A stretch of 64,000 bases of DNA. Source: Diadema antillarum (taxonomy: Eukaryota). The notes under the pieces were generated by a model. It made no database searches, was not told where the DNA came from, and saw only the letters and a list, made by a program, of their open reading frames with translations. Where the stretch lies: assembly GCF_040938485.1 (NCBI RefSeq), contig NW_027270896.1, positions 1,240,001-1,304,000 of the forward strand, read 5' to 3'. Position numbers and translations under genes: made by a program. Positions 1 through 13,900 of this stretch are shown here, piece after piece. Numbering within the stretch: position 1 is the first letter of the stretch; the number at the start of each line of letters is the position of its first letter.

Positions 1-240
1 CGGGGTTATTTTTTAAATGACCCCGCAATCATGCGGGGTCATCCAGAAATGACCCCGCGACGGGGTTGAATTCTAACCCCGCCGGGGTTAGATTTTAACC
101 CCGCTGCCGGGTCATTTTGGGTGACCCCGCAATGCGGGGTTAAAGTGACCCCGCACGGGGTTAGTGCATAGTTGACCAAGTATGCGGGGTCATTTTCAAC
201 CCCGTTCGGGGTCACTTTTAACCCCGCATTTTTTAGAGTG
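1..240. mobile_element. Right end of an EnSpm/CACTA-like non-autonomous DNA transposon with a subterminal repeat array
   Basis: Many GACCCCGC/AACCCCGC motifs in alternating orientation end at TTTTTAGAGTG followed by TA. The reverse complement reads CACTCTAAAAA, an EnSpm-type terminus. The left end is outside the window, so the TSD cannot be confirmed. Confidence 0.6.
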
Positions 241-629
241 TAGGCTGATGTCTGTAATGTTAGAATGTTCAAACATATATAACTCAATATATACCTCGGG
301 AACGTCTTGCTCATCTTGAATAAAGGGGCGATTGAGATTTAATACCCAATAACATCATTCGATGGTAGCAAATGAGATGGACTGCTTGTACTCGATTATG
401 TGCACAATTAAAAATGGAATAGACAAAGCCCAATTTCACGCGTCGCCTATCCGTCTCTCCAACTTATATCAGCATGAAAACATCTATAGACTGCATGAAT
501 AAACAAGGAGCATCAATAAATTCAGTCGGATGTTGATTGGTGTGTTTCAGGTCTAATGTCAAGATAAAGGTGCTCGGATGTTAGGGAACGTGGTTTTAGA
601 CAACAAATATATGTATAATCATACACATA

Positions 630-777
630 NNNNNNNNNNNNNNNNNNNNNNNNNNNNNNNNNNNNNNNNNNNNNNNNNNNNNNNNNNNNNNNNNNNNNNN
701 NNNNNNNNNNNNNNNNNNNNNNNNNNNNNNNNNNNNNNNNNNNNNNNNNNNNNNNNNNNNNNNNNNNNNNNNNNNNN
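630..777. other. Assembly gap (N run)
   Basis: Run of N. Confidence 0.99.
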
Positions 778-2275
778 TGTAGGTGGCTACCGTGTGGAGT
801 GTTGGACGAGTTTTTATTATTCGGCTTTTTTTTTTCAAACAAAGAAAACTACTCGATTTATTCATGATGATAATACAAGGCATTCCAGTTGATTTAAAAC
901 CTATGCAGATGAGGCAGGAGGATTTGAAGAAAATTAGAGTGAGAGAAAGAGAAGTAGACCCAATTTCTCTTTTCCTCTAGCTTTCCTGGCTACCCCTTTC
1001 ATCTGGTGTTGACAATCATAAGCCCACCTCCCTCCACAAGCACCAGCTCAAATTCTCCTTGTCCAGGTCAATCCACGTTGGTGATGCGAGTTCACGCTCC
1101 TTGCTGAACACAAAGGAGAAAATGTAATCGGGTGCCTATTATTGGAACGACGCGTCGCTCTGAAGCCTCGGCGTGGGTAAAAGGTATTTGTAAAGAAAAG
1201 GTCCCACATATGCGTGACCATTCTTCTGGTGGACTGGAGTGGCAAAACAACACGCCCTACTCGCAGAAATATCCAACACAACGCGGTTACTGAGATGTGC
1301 TAGACGCAGACGTATATGTGAGTGTACGTCTGTATACGGTTGCATGGTTACTCCACAAGTTTATTTCACCTTATTATCATTACAACGGAAAAGTCATTTA
1401 ACGGAGCGGGGTGAGTATAAATGACATAACTATCATTATTTTGATAACTGATATACTATTGTGATTGTCTTGGTTCCACTGGTTGATCCGATATGATCGT
1501 CGTAGAGGGTATCTTTGGTAGATAGGAGTAATACGTGCGCACATATTGTATAAAGCCCCATAGGATCTTTTATCATTTATTCTCGGGCAATATTGCGCCG
1601 CAGCACTCAATTAATTCGACATCATTGAGGTCATTTCGGTCGCTTGATCCTTGACATTCAACTCCTCAAGTAGTTAGAGTGATCTATAGTGCCTTCCGTG
1701 TTGCTTAGTTTTATGTCAAACGAGCAGTAATGCAATACCGCGTGCATTGGCATATCTGCCATAATATACTTGGGATAAACGAAAATTGCTCCACCGATGT
1801 AAGAGTTTGAAGTACATAGTTATTACATGAATGTAGATAATTATGTAGTTTCATCGCAAAAAAAAGGGCTAAGCGCCATTGTTAAACATTTAAAGTATAA
1901 GTCTATCATCACAGCGAAATAAATCCTTTCCAGTGATACTTGCAACATATCAAGGAATAATCTTTACGAAGTTATGATATCCCGTATTTTCTTTCCTTTT
2001 CTGTTTTTTTTTTTACAGCTTTAATCGCAAATATCTCAACTTAGCAAGAAAGGAGTTAACTCGTTGGGCGATAAAAGTCTTCATATATATTTTATTAGGA
2101 CTGTTCTTTCGGGTGTTTTCTTTTCATCTAATTTGCGAATCATCGGGTAAAAATGACGTCAACATGATGTATTATTGTCTCTCCCTCTTAAGTAAATCAC
2201 TGTAAATCAGGCAAGTTTTCACAGTTTCAACCAAAAATTATTATGAACGCGCACTTTCTCTAGACATCTCCACCC

Positions 2276-4260
2276 ATGATGGCTACCGATAACCACAGTG
2301 ACAATGCTACGTCATCCTCCACCTGCGCATCGAGGTGCTGTGCGGGGTTCCGGTCTTGCTTGCCCCGTCTGCTGCTCATCCTGGGCTACATCAGCTACCT
2401 GTTGCTTGGCGCCCTCGTTTTCTCCCTCGTCGAGGAGCCGAGCTACGCCACTCTCGAGCACGAGCAGCACGAGAAGATCCTGTCAGCGGAAGATCGGGCC
2501 ATGATACGATTGAAGGCGGCCTACGAAGATGCCGCTGGCAACGGATCCAAACCGGTCTGGGACTCCGAGGCGATCCAGAGGCAGATACAAGCTATCGTCG
2601 AAGAAATGGAGAACGCTGCCCTGAAAGAAGGACCCGAAAACAAGACTGTGCACCTTGGGGATGAGTGGAGTTTTGGCAACTCTCTGCTCTTCTGCATGAC
2701 CACGACTACTACCATTGGTGAGATGAAGCTTTGAAAGATTAGAATCAGACAATTGAAACATAAGTAAAATAATTGAAATTTCTATGCCCAATCATGACTT
2801 TTCAGCAAAGTCACTCTCAACTGCGTAAATGATTTTTCCTCAGTTCTCTAATTTCCTCCCGTAAGCCTAGACATGTTGTTGAGAGCTTGTTCCAATGTAA
2901 CATACATGGAATTTCATGGTCTGATAACTTTCGCAGAGAGTGAAATATCAAAATTGATGTGTCTTAATTTCGTACACGTAATGAAAAGTTGTTAAGCGGA
3001 TAAAGCACACTCCTGATGACTTTCAACCGCAGTCAATGCGTATGTTGTATTAGAAATCATAAGCAGCGCCACTCGCTCCGCTTATATTTTGGTTAGTATC
3101 GGTGTATACCAAGACGTTTTTAGCATGGCAACTGAGGATGAAGGGGGGGGGGGTGGGGGGGAGTGCTTATGAGCAATTCGATGAACGCTACCTTACCTGG
3201 GAATTTTGTGATAACATTATTTTCTGCACAAGCATGTTGACACCGCCATGATGCTCTTTGACCAAAGTGTAGACTACACAATACGCATTCGATAACTTGT
3301 GCATGGAAAGATAAGATGTGTTAGTGATTGAAGAATAATGAAAGGCAGGCTTGGTAAGAAAGACCCTAACTTTGATGTGAGCATGCTCCTTGCGTTAGTT
3401 CATCCTGCAGACATGAATATTATACTATGACATTTTTCACTTCTGCATATATTTATTGTGTTGTATGCTTAGCTTTTCTTTGAGCTCTGACCCAAGCGTT
3501 CTATATACAAACATCGGGGTTTTTTCATCCATCTATAGGGTATGGTCATCTCGTACCGCACACAACGGCTGGTAAGGTGCTGTGCATATTCTACACGTGG
3601 ATAGGCATTCCCTTGACCCTTCTCCTGCTGGCTGACATCGGCTACCACATGGCTATCGCTGTCGTGAAGATGTTCAACCAGTGCGCTCGTCGTTGCTGCG
3701 GAAGTCGCAGAAGCATTCAAACGAAGAAGACTCAACGCGGGGATCACACCACGACAGACGGGGCCGAAACAGAACGCGATGAACAACTGGAACTGGATCT
3801 GACCGACGCCTCTGCCGGCAGCCCCGGTAGTAATGCAGCCGCAGACACTGATGAGCCGTTGCACGTGCAGCGTGCTAATGACGATAAGAAATTCGTATAT
3901 CGTGACGATGACGATGATGACGACGCACTGTTGGACGAAGTACCCTTGTTCCTCCCCGTCATCATTTTTTGGACCAACCTCATCCTGAGCGCGCCCGTCT
4001 TCGGTATGTTCGAGAGATGGGACTACGGCACCTCCTTGTACTTCCTGTTCATCTCAGTAACCACCGTAGGGTTCGGTGACTTCGTGCCAAAGAGCCACGT
4101 TGGACTCCTGTGTGCCTGGTCTGGTCTGCTGGTCACGTCCATGTGTTTTTTCCTCTCTTACCGGAAGGTTATCGGCATGGCCAAATGGGTGCTGGCATTT
4201 CTTAATGACAAACTGGGTGTCGCGAAGAAAACGAATGTGGAACAGTATTCGCACATCTAA
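2276..4260 (+). CDS. Two-pore-domain potassium channel (K2P/KCNK family, TRESK/TWK-like architecture), about 387 aa
   Basis: Exon 2276-2717 (donor ATTG|gtgaga) joins exon 3539-4260 (acceptor ctatag|GG) in phase 1. This restores pore 1 as FCMTTTTTIGYGHLVP; pore 2 is SVTTVGFGDFVP. Four hydrophobic segments and an M1-P1 cap helix are present. An acceptor at 2263 suggests an upstream exon. Confidence 0.93.
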
Positions 4261-4269
4261 ATAAAACTG

Positions 4270-4410
4270 CAGTCAAACCTGTCCATAACGGTCACCCAAT
4301 GGAGACGAACAAAGTGGCCGTTATAGGCAGGGTCTTTAACATGGCTTTTCGGGGGGGGGGGGGGGTCTAATGGCCGTATACGGCAGGTGGCCGCTATATA
4401 CAGTTGACTG
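4270..4410. mobile_element. pogo/Tigger-like MITE immediately after the K2P stop codon
   Basis: Imperfect terminal inverted repeats CAGTCAAACCTGTCCATAACGGTCACC ... GGTGGCCGCTATATACAGTTGACTG. Confidence 0.6.
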
Positions 4411-4911
4411 CTAAGTCAGGTTTGACGGTGTATTAAGCGTTTGTAGGGACATCTTTGCGTCCAACACTAATCTTTCACTTCCCACAAAATTCTGTGCATC
4501 GTGAAGTGCACTGTCTACAGCACACAGATAGATTCATGCATAGAATTGATTGCCAATATCTGCAGCTGGTCGACACCAAACTAAACAGCAGGGTAGGTTC
4601 ATAAAAGTTCCATATAACATTTTGTGTGATATCAGTCATTGTATCCAAGGAACAACAGTGAGCTGTCATAGAGATGGTATATAGTCTCAAATCATTACTG
4701 CAAAATCAGCTCAGAATTAATCTCATTGCGGGACTGGGGGTCAAGGTTGATGGTACCCCTACCCCCAGGGAAGAATCTAAGAATGGTACCTTCGAAGTTC
4801 ATATTGGCGTTGTGATTTATTTTTTCCCCTTGTTTCGGTGCGGTTCCGGGGTCCTTTCAAAATTAGGGCAAAATAATTAAATATTATTGATATTAATGAA
4901 GAAGAAGAAGT

Positions 4912-4980
4912 AGAATAAGAATAAGAATAAAAGTAAGAATAAGAATAAGAATAAAAGTAAGAATAAGAATAAAAATAATA
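4912..4980. repeat. (AGAATA)n microsatellite
   Basis: Direct reading of the tandem hexamer. Confidence 0.9.
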
Positions 4981-6541
4981 AAAAGTAATGAAAATGAATG
5001 ATAATGATTATTAGTATTATCATTACAATAATGATTATATCAATATTGCTATAATTATTCTAAAATATATCATAATCATACTACGTTGTATATTAAATCC
5101 TGATATAAAACTTTCAACATGGAATGGAAGACAGTACGTCTCTAGCTTGAGCAACACAATGCTCCTTGTTGCACACAGGTTTAAAAGAAAAAAAAAATGT
5201 CCTATATATAGGCCCGAAGAACTCGTTCGTTGTGCTCGCTGGCAATTCGTACGTTAAGACCATACTCAGACGTACAGGTACCCTGATATATTATAATAAA
5301 AGTATTTTAGATACATTCTCCCACAGGATTTTTTCGGGGGAGGGATTGGAGTGGGCAAAACTTTGTCCCTTGATGTATTCTGGAATCCATAATTGGGTCA
5401 ATAATCATCTTTTCCTAACGATTTTCAAAAGTTGCTGGCTTTGTTCGTTTCTATACACAGCTGAAAATTTTGTTGGGACATGCTCGCGACAATCAGGTTA
5501 GTGAATTGCCATCTGGCCCATTGATTCTCCAAATAATATAACAGCAAAGCCCGAAATGGTTTACTTTGGTGACTTCAAAATATATTCATTTATTTTTTTC
5601 TCCTGATTTGCTCGCATTCTTGTTTCGCCAACCATTCATTTGTCGACACGACAGCTTTGCAGTATACTACGTATCTTAATACTGAAATGATAGGGGACGC
5701 AGAATAAGTGGCAAACGCAAAACAAAATTTTCAGACTGACGAAAATTCTGCCAATTTGTGTGTCTGTTAGTCTGTATAATGAAAGGATACAGGACTACAT
5801 TTTTAGGCAACGTCAGAGATGGTCCGCTGGAAGAAACGAATATAAACGGAGATGCATTCGTTGCACACTTGTACAGGAATGACCTGTCTTGTAGGTCTTC
5901 TCTTTCCAAGCATTTTCTCACTCTGCTCGATCGCCTCCTGCTCACACGTGTCGACCATCTTTCCTTTTCTGCTATCTTCAAACCTTAAAATTTTAAGCGC
6001 TCAGGGAGGTGGACGAGAGACACTTCCACCTCCCTGGGACATTATGTCATATAAATGCATATAAAGTACTGTATTCTGGCATCCAACTACACAATGCGTG
6101 ACAGTGAGACTGATATAAACCCCTCCAAAAACCAATGTAGAGTAGAGAGCTCTTATATTTCGTGCCAAAGTAGACAAGGCCATTTAAATGTCTATAGATC
6201 CATTCACTGTCTCTTAACTAACTGCGTCCTTTCGAGGGAGTCGTAAGCAGCGACTTGATAACATGAGCGTGAAAACAATTTGGTCACTTTACACGCTCAA
6301 TCTTGGAGATACAAAGTACACTCTACATCTGCGATCAGGATGTCGTGTTAGCCAGCTCGCTGTGACTGTGCACGTCCACAAATTATTGCGAGCTGCCTTT
6401 GCAAAAGGCTATTGTCGGGTATATCATATACCTGAACAATAATTGTATTGTTTACGGACGTCACTGATATTGTTTGAAGTGAAAGCTGCCCAAGATCATT
6501 ACATGATCGTCTCAGGTTTTCCTTCTTCCTCTTCCTTGTCC

Positions 6542-6905
6542 TTAAAGGGATGGTATAGTTTTGGTTGAGATATGGGCTACAATTTTCCAACTTTTGTGTG
6601 TGAGATAATGAGAAACCTTTTATAAAATACCAAAGATCATATACTGCTAAGAGAAATTCAAAGTTGATTTGATGAGAATTGGTTTTGAAATGACTGAGAT
6701 ATCGAAAACTGTGGGGCCCTAATAAAATATGGGACCTAACTTTTATTTTGAAAGACCGCTTTGTTTTAATCTATTTTTGCATACCTCAGCCATATTCCTA
6801 TTTAGAATGGCATGCCCTGTCCTATTTTACAACTGGTTTCTTGGTATCTTACAAAAAGTTAAAAGCCCAATCCTCATCTCCGCAAATATTATGCCATCCC
6901 TTTAA
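6542..6905. mobile_element. Kolobok-like non-autonomous element (TTAA target)
   Basis: TTAA|AGGGATGG ... CCATCCCT|TTAA. The interior resembles the copies at 24900, 28663 and 62901. Confidence 0.7.
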
Positions 6906-7370
6906 ACACCAAGGATTTAACAGATCTGTTTAATTTCATTTTGATATATGATTTTGACACATTTAATCATTTTCTACATCTGCTTTCAAAATGTCCCATT
7001 TTGATTTTATTTTCATACTCTCTAAACTATGATTCCCTAACACGTATAGTGGACCATGATTATATTTCGATAATCATGAATTGTTATGTAATGGCAACTA
7101 TTTAGTGTTTGATTATATGCGCAAGTCTTCACAACCTTATCAGTATTATCGTCCTCCGTGTGCTGTACTAGAAACCTTTGCTACGTAAAACCTTCCATAT
7201 TGCATATGCCTTTGCTATTCATTAAGTTTGTATTAAAAGGTGCACTTTGCATCAAATATTTACTACTCCCTTGTGTCCCTTATCATTCTCTGTGTGAGTG
7301 TTTCAGCTTCAGTTTGGGAAGTACGCAGTTTTACACACCAACATGAGTTTGTATGTAATGTCTGTGTCTC

Positions 7371-7550
7371 CCTCCTCTCTCTCTCTCTCTCTCTCTACTA
7401 TACAGTGGAGTCCTGTTATAACGAAGTTCTCTTTCTTTTGTTATATCAAAATTTTGTTATAACCAAACAAATAAACAACAAAGAACAAAGAGCAGATAAT
7501 ATTGCACTACATATGTGTGTGTGTGTGTGTGTATGTATGTGTATGTGTGT
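7371..7550. repeat. (CT)n tract, left end of a Tigger-like MITE (TA|CAGTGGAGTCCTGTTATAACG at 7403), and (TG)n tract
   Basis: Direct reading. The other end of the MITE is not seen and may lie in the adjacent gap. Confidence 0.55.
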
Positions 7551-7579
7551 ACAAACTACATGGCAAGATGTGAGACAAT

Positions 7580-7745
7580 NNNNNNNNNNNNNNNNNNNNN
7601 NNNNNNNNNNNNNNNNNNNNNNNNNNNNNNNNNNNNNNNNNNNNNNNNNNNNNNNNNNNNNNNNNNNNNNNNNNNNNNNNNNNNNNNNNNNNNNNNNNNN
7701 NNNNNNNNNNNNNNNNNNNNNNNNNNNNNNNNNNNNNNNNNNNNN
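7580..7745. other. Assembly gap (N run)
   Basis: Run of N. Confidence 0.99.
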
Positions 7746-10700
7746 ATATACACATTGAGGATATGATTGGGTTCAGAAGTGATACACACTAAACATTACT
7801 GTGGAAGCATCATTGACACTTTCCCATCTTAGAAAGTATGCAAACGATCTCTGCACTCAACTTCCGTAATAAAGATATAGTCAGACATTGATATCACATT
7901 TACTGTCATTTAATCTATGACTAAGGTAGCATTCGCACATTGATATGACAATGCATTGTAAATACATTATGAATACTTGCTTTTATATGAACAGCTGTAC
8001 ATAAAGGAATAACAGGTAAAATATCATGCTCGATCATTGCACATTAATACAAGGACCTATAGCTCACAGCTTACAACAGGACTGTACATGTCCACAGCAC
8101 GAACACTTCTGCAACCCATTGCTGAGCTCAGGCAGTACAATGCAAATGCCATCCACTTGCTCATCTCCTACAACATTAATTGTTATTATTTTACACCTCT
8201 AAACAAAAGAGCAGGAGAGGTCTTCTATAGTACACCACACTTGTGAGTCCCATACTTGTATATCTATGACAGTAGGGCCTACAACTAATTTCTACCATCT
8301 GCATTGATTTTTCACAATTTGGCTGAATACTTTTTTTTTGTTCTGTTTGACATCTGAAATATATGAATTGCCAACCACGACTAATGGAACTAGACCAGTC
8401 TCTCTTGTGAGGGCCTTGCATTACCAAAACATTTTTTCTTTTTTAAGTAAAGCATTTAGGGTCTAAATGACAACAATGGACAAATCCTAATACCAGTAGT
8501 AGTACTTGATTAAAATTCTACAATCCCATGAATACAAATATCACTCCATGAAGATATAACAACATTGCATCGGTATCAAGACAATGTTATGTGCTACCAA
8601 ACTTGTGGTTTTGTTCACATTAATTTCCCTGAGCATCATTCAAAATGTTCACACTTGGAATGCAGATTAGCGACTTGCAAAAAAAAAAAAAAAAGTGCTC
8701 ACTTCATATAAAAAGTGAAAAGGAAATATGCACCTGGTTTACGTGCTGATGAGAACTTTTACGAAGCAAGGCATTCAGAGTTCAAGGTTATATCAATGAT
8801 TTTAACTGTACTGACAATATTTTTTAAAGAAGCTGATTAATACATGATACACTTAATAGAAAATAGTGATTTCCTCTTTCTCTTTTCCTGAAAGTATGGA
8901 AGGAGCCCTGATACGTTCGTAAAAATAGAAAGAGCGGAAGGAGACAAGGTCACACTTGCAATATTTATACCATGCAACTTCACACTTTTCAGGAAGTATT
9001 TTCGCATGGAAGTGTACTTTGATTACAGCCAAGTTCCTTTGAAAAACAGATGGCCTTCACATTATAACCATTTAAGAATAGAAGCAGAGCACAAGAATGT
9101 ATGTGGAGGGCGGGGAAATGGGAGGGGGAGGGGCAGAATGATTTTGAAAATGAGAGGGACTAGAAAGAGAAGACTTAAGAACCTGTAAACTACCAACTCC
9201 CAAGTACTGTATTTCTATGGACTGCCATCACATGCCAGAACAAGAGTTTGACCTGTGAGATGACTAAATCAAAATGTAAGAGAGAAATAACTAAGTCTTT
9301 GGTAATATTCTATGATAAGACAACACTCCTCTTCGGCTCCTATCTATAAAAACAGAACAAAACAAACAAACAAATGAGATTGAGAGCAAAAATTCCTAAA
9401 TTGATATTTTTCCAGTCTCATCAGCAACAATGATATTATCCTATAAAAAGTTTACATTTTCTGCATGTGGATTTAATGGTAAGGTGTCAACACTTCATAC
9501 ATAGATGGGTCATTATCCTCAGCTGGTACACTCTCTATGAATAAATATACTTTACATTCCCATTTGACAGTACCACAATACCCAAGCGGCTCAATTTAGA
9601 AACTGCATGAGATCATCTCAATGTTATGTGAAAGACAACTCAGTTAAAATTCAATTCTTCTCTGCTCTAATATGATAACAGAAACATACAGTAAGAGATA
9701 CATGTATACTTTCTACAACAACTGGCACAGGACATACCAGCTCTCACGACATGAGCATCTCACATTGTCACTGATATATAGGTGTATACACAATTTAAAC
9801 ACCAGCATTAACAAACACAATGGTTCTATCTATATGACTAGAATGCATGCTTACAGTCAAACAGTGACTTATTAGTATTCATACAGAGCAAATGAATGTT
9901 TAGAGATTGACACCATTCTTATAATGCTTCCCCCTTGATCTACGACAGTAAGACATGACAATCTTGACTGCAGCTCCTTCTTATGCTGTACATATTAGGG
10001 TTGAACATACACAGTCTCCACATGACAGCTACACAAAACACACAGTTTTTGGAGAAAATCTATATGCTGTTTTTGTTTTGTTTTGTGTTGGGTTTTTTTT
10101 GTTTCATCACGACAAAGCTTTAAGCTTAAATATACATTATCAACTTCACATAAAATCCCTGCATGTGACACATCTATGTAAAGCACACATAAGGCCTTGT
10201 AAGGTTAGCAAACTCTGTATGTTCATGAGACCTCTGGCAGTAATTCTCACAGGAGATTTTTCATACAAGATGTAAGATTGCATCTATAAAGTATGTCCTA
10301 TATGTGATATTCTTCCGCCTGACATATGTACGCAAATCTAGATGCGAAAAATGACATATAGCGGACACTACCTAACATGCTCTTACACCTGTTCATAAGA
10401 TTTAACACACAGGTGCACTACACTCCATGGTAGGAGTATGATTGTCCAAATTCAGAGAAATACAATGACAGAGAGAATATGCTACAATGCTCATCTCCAA
10501 CTACACTGAACAAAACACTTTCATATTTATGTACAAAGTTATAACTTCTAACAACACATATATTTACACATATACAGAAGAAAATGTACACGTACATATC
10601 AGTAAAATGATAACAGGTCTTCAACATGAACATAATTCAGCCTCTGAATAACATTCAATCAATAACCAATTACCAATATACCAACTGAATTATAAATATT

Positions 10701-10946
10701 CTCTCTTTTTAGATGGGACTACCTATAAAACTTGCTGTCATGATTTCAGTACGGAGCGATCTGTAGCCTTGTCTCATCTTTCTATCAGAATAGTGCAAAA
10801 TTCACTTTCTGCAATCCTTATGCCAGAAAAGTGGGTCTCTCAGTCATGTCTGACTTTGCATACTGTCTGTAATATAACCTTGACTGCACTACACTGTAGC
10901 AGCTTCCAAGAGTTCCTTCCCACACTCTGAGCTTTGGCATTTCAAT

Positions 10947-13900
10947 TTAATAGACCTCAGTGCGAACAACTTTCTTCCTCATTGGAGAGAGAGAACGAGC
11001 TCCCACTGATCGGCTGGGCCTGGTGTTGCCAAGCAACGTGGATGCCTCCTGGTATCCCTGCTGGAACCCCCGCTCCATCTCACTCAGCGTATTCTCCACC
11101 CCCATACTGGTGATGGCGTGAGAGTGGTGGGCCTGGATCAGCTTCTCGAGGCGAGCGATGATCTCGTAGTCGGGCACAGCCAGGACCCCGACGTCCATCC
11201 CCAGCATGCGGGCGATGACCTGGCGGAAGTCGGCCAGCTGGTGCTCGCGGCGCTGGATGTCGCCTAGGAGGACCTTGGTGGTGTTGAGCTCGTCGCTCAG
11301 GGCCGTCAGGGAGTGGGTGGTGCGCACCTTGCTCTCACTGGCCTCATGCTCAGTGAAGTCCAGCTCCTGCTTCATCCCGGCCAGCTTGCGGGCCTGCTTC
11401 TCCTTGATCTTCTCCAGCTTTTCAACCACCTTCTGCAGCTCTTCAATGGTGGCATTCTGGTGCAGCGATGTCAGCTGGGAATGACAAAAGATAAAATTTG
11501 TATGATTACATGACAATTTGCAGTGGTGAAAACCCATAGATCTCTTTTCAAGAGGATCATTCTCTAATTGCAAACAAAGACTTCCAAATAGTTAACATAG
11601 ATTCAACTCCTTTTGGCACAAAAGAGGCGCTGTAAAGTCAATACAATCATGCCATTATTGTTGATTCATCACTACATTTATGTACCTGGAGATGTTCTAA
11701 TATGCGCATATACACAATCTGACTTTGCAGGTAACATATGCTGTAGGTGTGTTGTATTGATATACTGGAAACTCTTGCCATAATTTTTTTGCTGCTTGAT
11801 AATCTACTCTCTTACATATCACATTGACAAGCAACCTACCTTGATATTACTAACGTCCATCATCTCTGCCTTGAGATCCACCACCAGCCGCTTGGCATTG
11901 GCCAGCTGACCCCGCAGCCGTTCATTCTCCTTGACCAGCTTGCGCTGGCTCCACTCCACATCATCCCTCTCCTTCTGGAGGGCAGAGCGCCCCGCCACGC
12001 CCTCCTCCAAAGAGGCGATTTTCTTGCGCATCAGGTCGAGGTGGAGGTCTTTGCTCTCCAGCTGCTGTTTCAGGGTCTTGACCTTACGCTGGAGCGCATA
12101 CAGGTGGGTGTTCTTGTCCGCCACCAGCCCGCCCTCGTGGTTGGCTAGCTGCTCTGCTCTGGACAGCAGCGTCTCCCCTGTCATGTCAAAGCCAACGTCG
12201 CGACAGATGGTGTCGACATTCATCACGTTGGCGAGCTTCTCCAGGAAGGCCATGTACTGCAGGAGATCACATGATTGGAATAAAAGTCAATTAGTGAACA
12301 TTACACAAGAATATCGTGGCATTATTGCAGTCATCTTTAGCGGTGTAAGCCCTCTATCACTGTAACTATCAATACAGAAATCTCACAGTTTTATGAATGC
12401 ATTTCAGAGGCTTACATCAGCTATTCATGTTGAGAAAGTAGCACTACTCTTAAAGCATTGCTGACAGTAGCCTTAGGATAGCAGCTGCAGTGTTAACTGC
12501 CTATTTTTGCTTTAGCCAATTCAGATATTTGGTGTTTAAATTGTTGTCAGAAAATGAAAATGCATTACAATGGTACTATAAGTCATTTATAGTCTACTGC
12601 AGAAATCCTGCTGTAAAGATTGGTTGACTAATAATTCAGTACAATCGATCTTAATTGCAATTCTCTAAAGATAATGTTTGTTGTGTGGCTAAATTACTGG
12701 TGTCACCTCCATGATGGTGTACTATGTTATTTGGGAAAATTATGACACTTGCATTTCATCTCCTTTAAGGCCAAGAGACAGGATAAAAGATGAGTAAATT
12801 ATAACATTGCATCAACAATGTCATGGCAATGTCATAAATGGTAGATGCTCCACAAATTGATTGCAGGAGATTGTAGGCCTATCAGAAACAAAAGATAGTC
12901 AACTGATCTGTAAAAACACAGAACCAAACAAAATAATGACACTCTGGATTGTCTGATTACTGAAATGGCCATACATGAGCATAATAGGAGGATTGGTGGT
13001 AGTAGTGGTGGTTTTGAAGGGGGGGGGGATGGAAATCAAAGTAAGCTGTCTCACCTTCTGCCTCTCCAGCCGCAAACTTTCCCTCAGGACATCACTGGAA
13101 GCCAGACCATCTTCCAGCTCCTTGAGTCTGACCTGGGAGGAGCCGATCTGGTTCTCGGCCTCCCTGGCCCGCCGGATGGCTGCCTGGTGCAGGTTGGCCT
13201 GACTCTCCAGCTGCTCAGAAAGATGCTTCACCTTCCTCTCCAGGTTCTCCACAAGCTGTACAGAAAAGAGAAAGTGATGTGCGGTTCAGAACATTTGTAA
13301 CTGGTGTATTTTTCCTGATTATGATTTAGGCAAACCATTTTTTAAAAGGATTCTGAAGCTTGAGAGAATGCTGTGCTTCCCATATAATGATTACCATGTA
13401 CCAGGTACTCAAAATATATATGAAGAAGTGCATCAAACGAAAACATCAGACTCGCCAAATCATAATTGTCACGATTTCAACAAAGTTGACGATAAAGTAG
13501 CTGTCATATGATAATGTTGAGATAGTTCTTGAATATTTGTTTTGATTATCTGTTCTTCATTGATCATGGCTGAATTGCATTCATTCCTGGTTGGTGTAAG
13601 TAAAGGTGCCATATTGGTATTATTCAGGGGTAGATGTGAAAAGGGTAATGTATTTGACATTATCATCATATTCTCTGAAAAAAAAAACTGACATATTCTG
13701 GCCAGACCAGTGACTATGAATTAAACTTTGTACCTTAGCACTCCCATTACATCAAAGCAAAGTACTGTAAAACGAGGAATTTTCGCGTGCACTTTAATTT
13801 CGCGAATTTTGTGAGCGCCAAGATTCGCGAAATTAAAATGCACGCGAAAGTCCTTGTTTACACTATTATGCATTGAACGTCAGTGGCACTTCGCGAAAAT

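Noticed and set aside
1-240. CRISPR-like appearance of short repeats here, and also at 33534-33783 and 53870-55010
   Set aside because: Eukaryotic context, no constant repeat with unique spacers, no cas genes; all three are explained as transposon-internal repeats.
522-892. ORFs spanning N runs (also 7240-7789 and 35333-35875)
   Set aside because: Artefacts of translating assembly gaps and microsatellites.
5212-5880. Chain of small + strand pseudo-exons giving a P-loop-like GGIGVGKT (5327-5374) and a GT2-like QRQRW (about 5810-5825)
   Set aside because: Needs a 49-nt intron and weak donors, the motifs belong to unrelated families, and there is no continuous homologous frame. Treated as chance unless RNA-seq shows junctions.
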